Both the position numbers and the translations under genes were made by a program. DNA of 64,000 bases from Octopus sinensis (lineage: Eukaryota), in assembly GCF_006345805.1 (NCBI RefSeq), contig NC_042997.1, positions 45,322,001 to 45,386,000 of the forward strand. The letters are read 5' to 3'. The notes under the pieces were generated by a model, which saw nothing but the letters and a program-made list of their open reading frames with translations, did no database searches and was not told the origin of the DNA. Below, piece after piece: positions 63,811-64,000 of the stretch (positions within the stretch are counted from its first letter, which is position 1; the number at the start of each line of letters is the position of its first letter).

Positions 63811-64000
63811 TATAATTCAAAATGGTTCCAAGAACCTAGCCGTTTAGTCATGTTCAGGATTGTGCATATTAGTGATTTCCTGATCACATTGTCAACGATT
63901 GCCAATCTCTTTGCTACTACTTTGACCAAAACTTAAACTCTGCATTCAGCAGAATTTATAGGCCAGAAATCATCAATGATGTCCCCCTTGTTCAAGTTGT

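Overview
Very AT-rich, microsatellite- and retroposon-dense animal genomic DNA. The SINE families resemble those of coleoid cephalopods (Octopus); this is an inference from recalled consensus sequences, not a database match. Almost all ORFs in the supplied track are artefacts of (AT)n/(CA)n tracts or of SINEs. No intact gene, tRNA, rRNA or CRISPR array is visible. A few splice-bounded open segments on the minus strand (best: 59777-59931) suggest the window may be intronic to a large unidentified gene. Contents: three tRNA-derived SINE groups (about 30 copies), RTE, Tx1, R4/Dong and Penelope retrotransposon remnants, piggyBac-, mariner- and Helitron-type non-autonomous DNA elements, a 133-bp tandem repeat, a 739-bp tandem duplication and several local inverted repeats. 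The most notable observation is a 76-bp near-perfect hairpin (22126-22283) in which each arm encodes a minimal type I hammerhead-ribozyme fold of the Penelope type, arranged so the antisense copy is always transcribed first. Second is a Meta-type SINE tail that matches the 3' end of a Tx1-like LINE in the same window. Coordinates were read by eye; old-repeat boundaries are approximate (about 10-20 bp).
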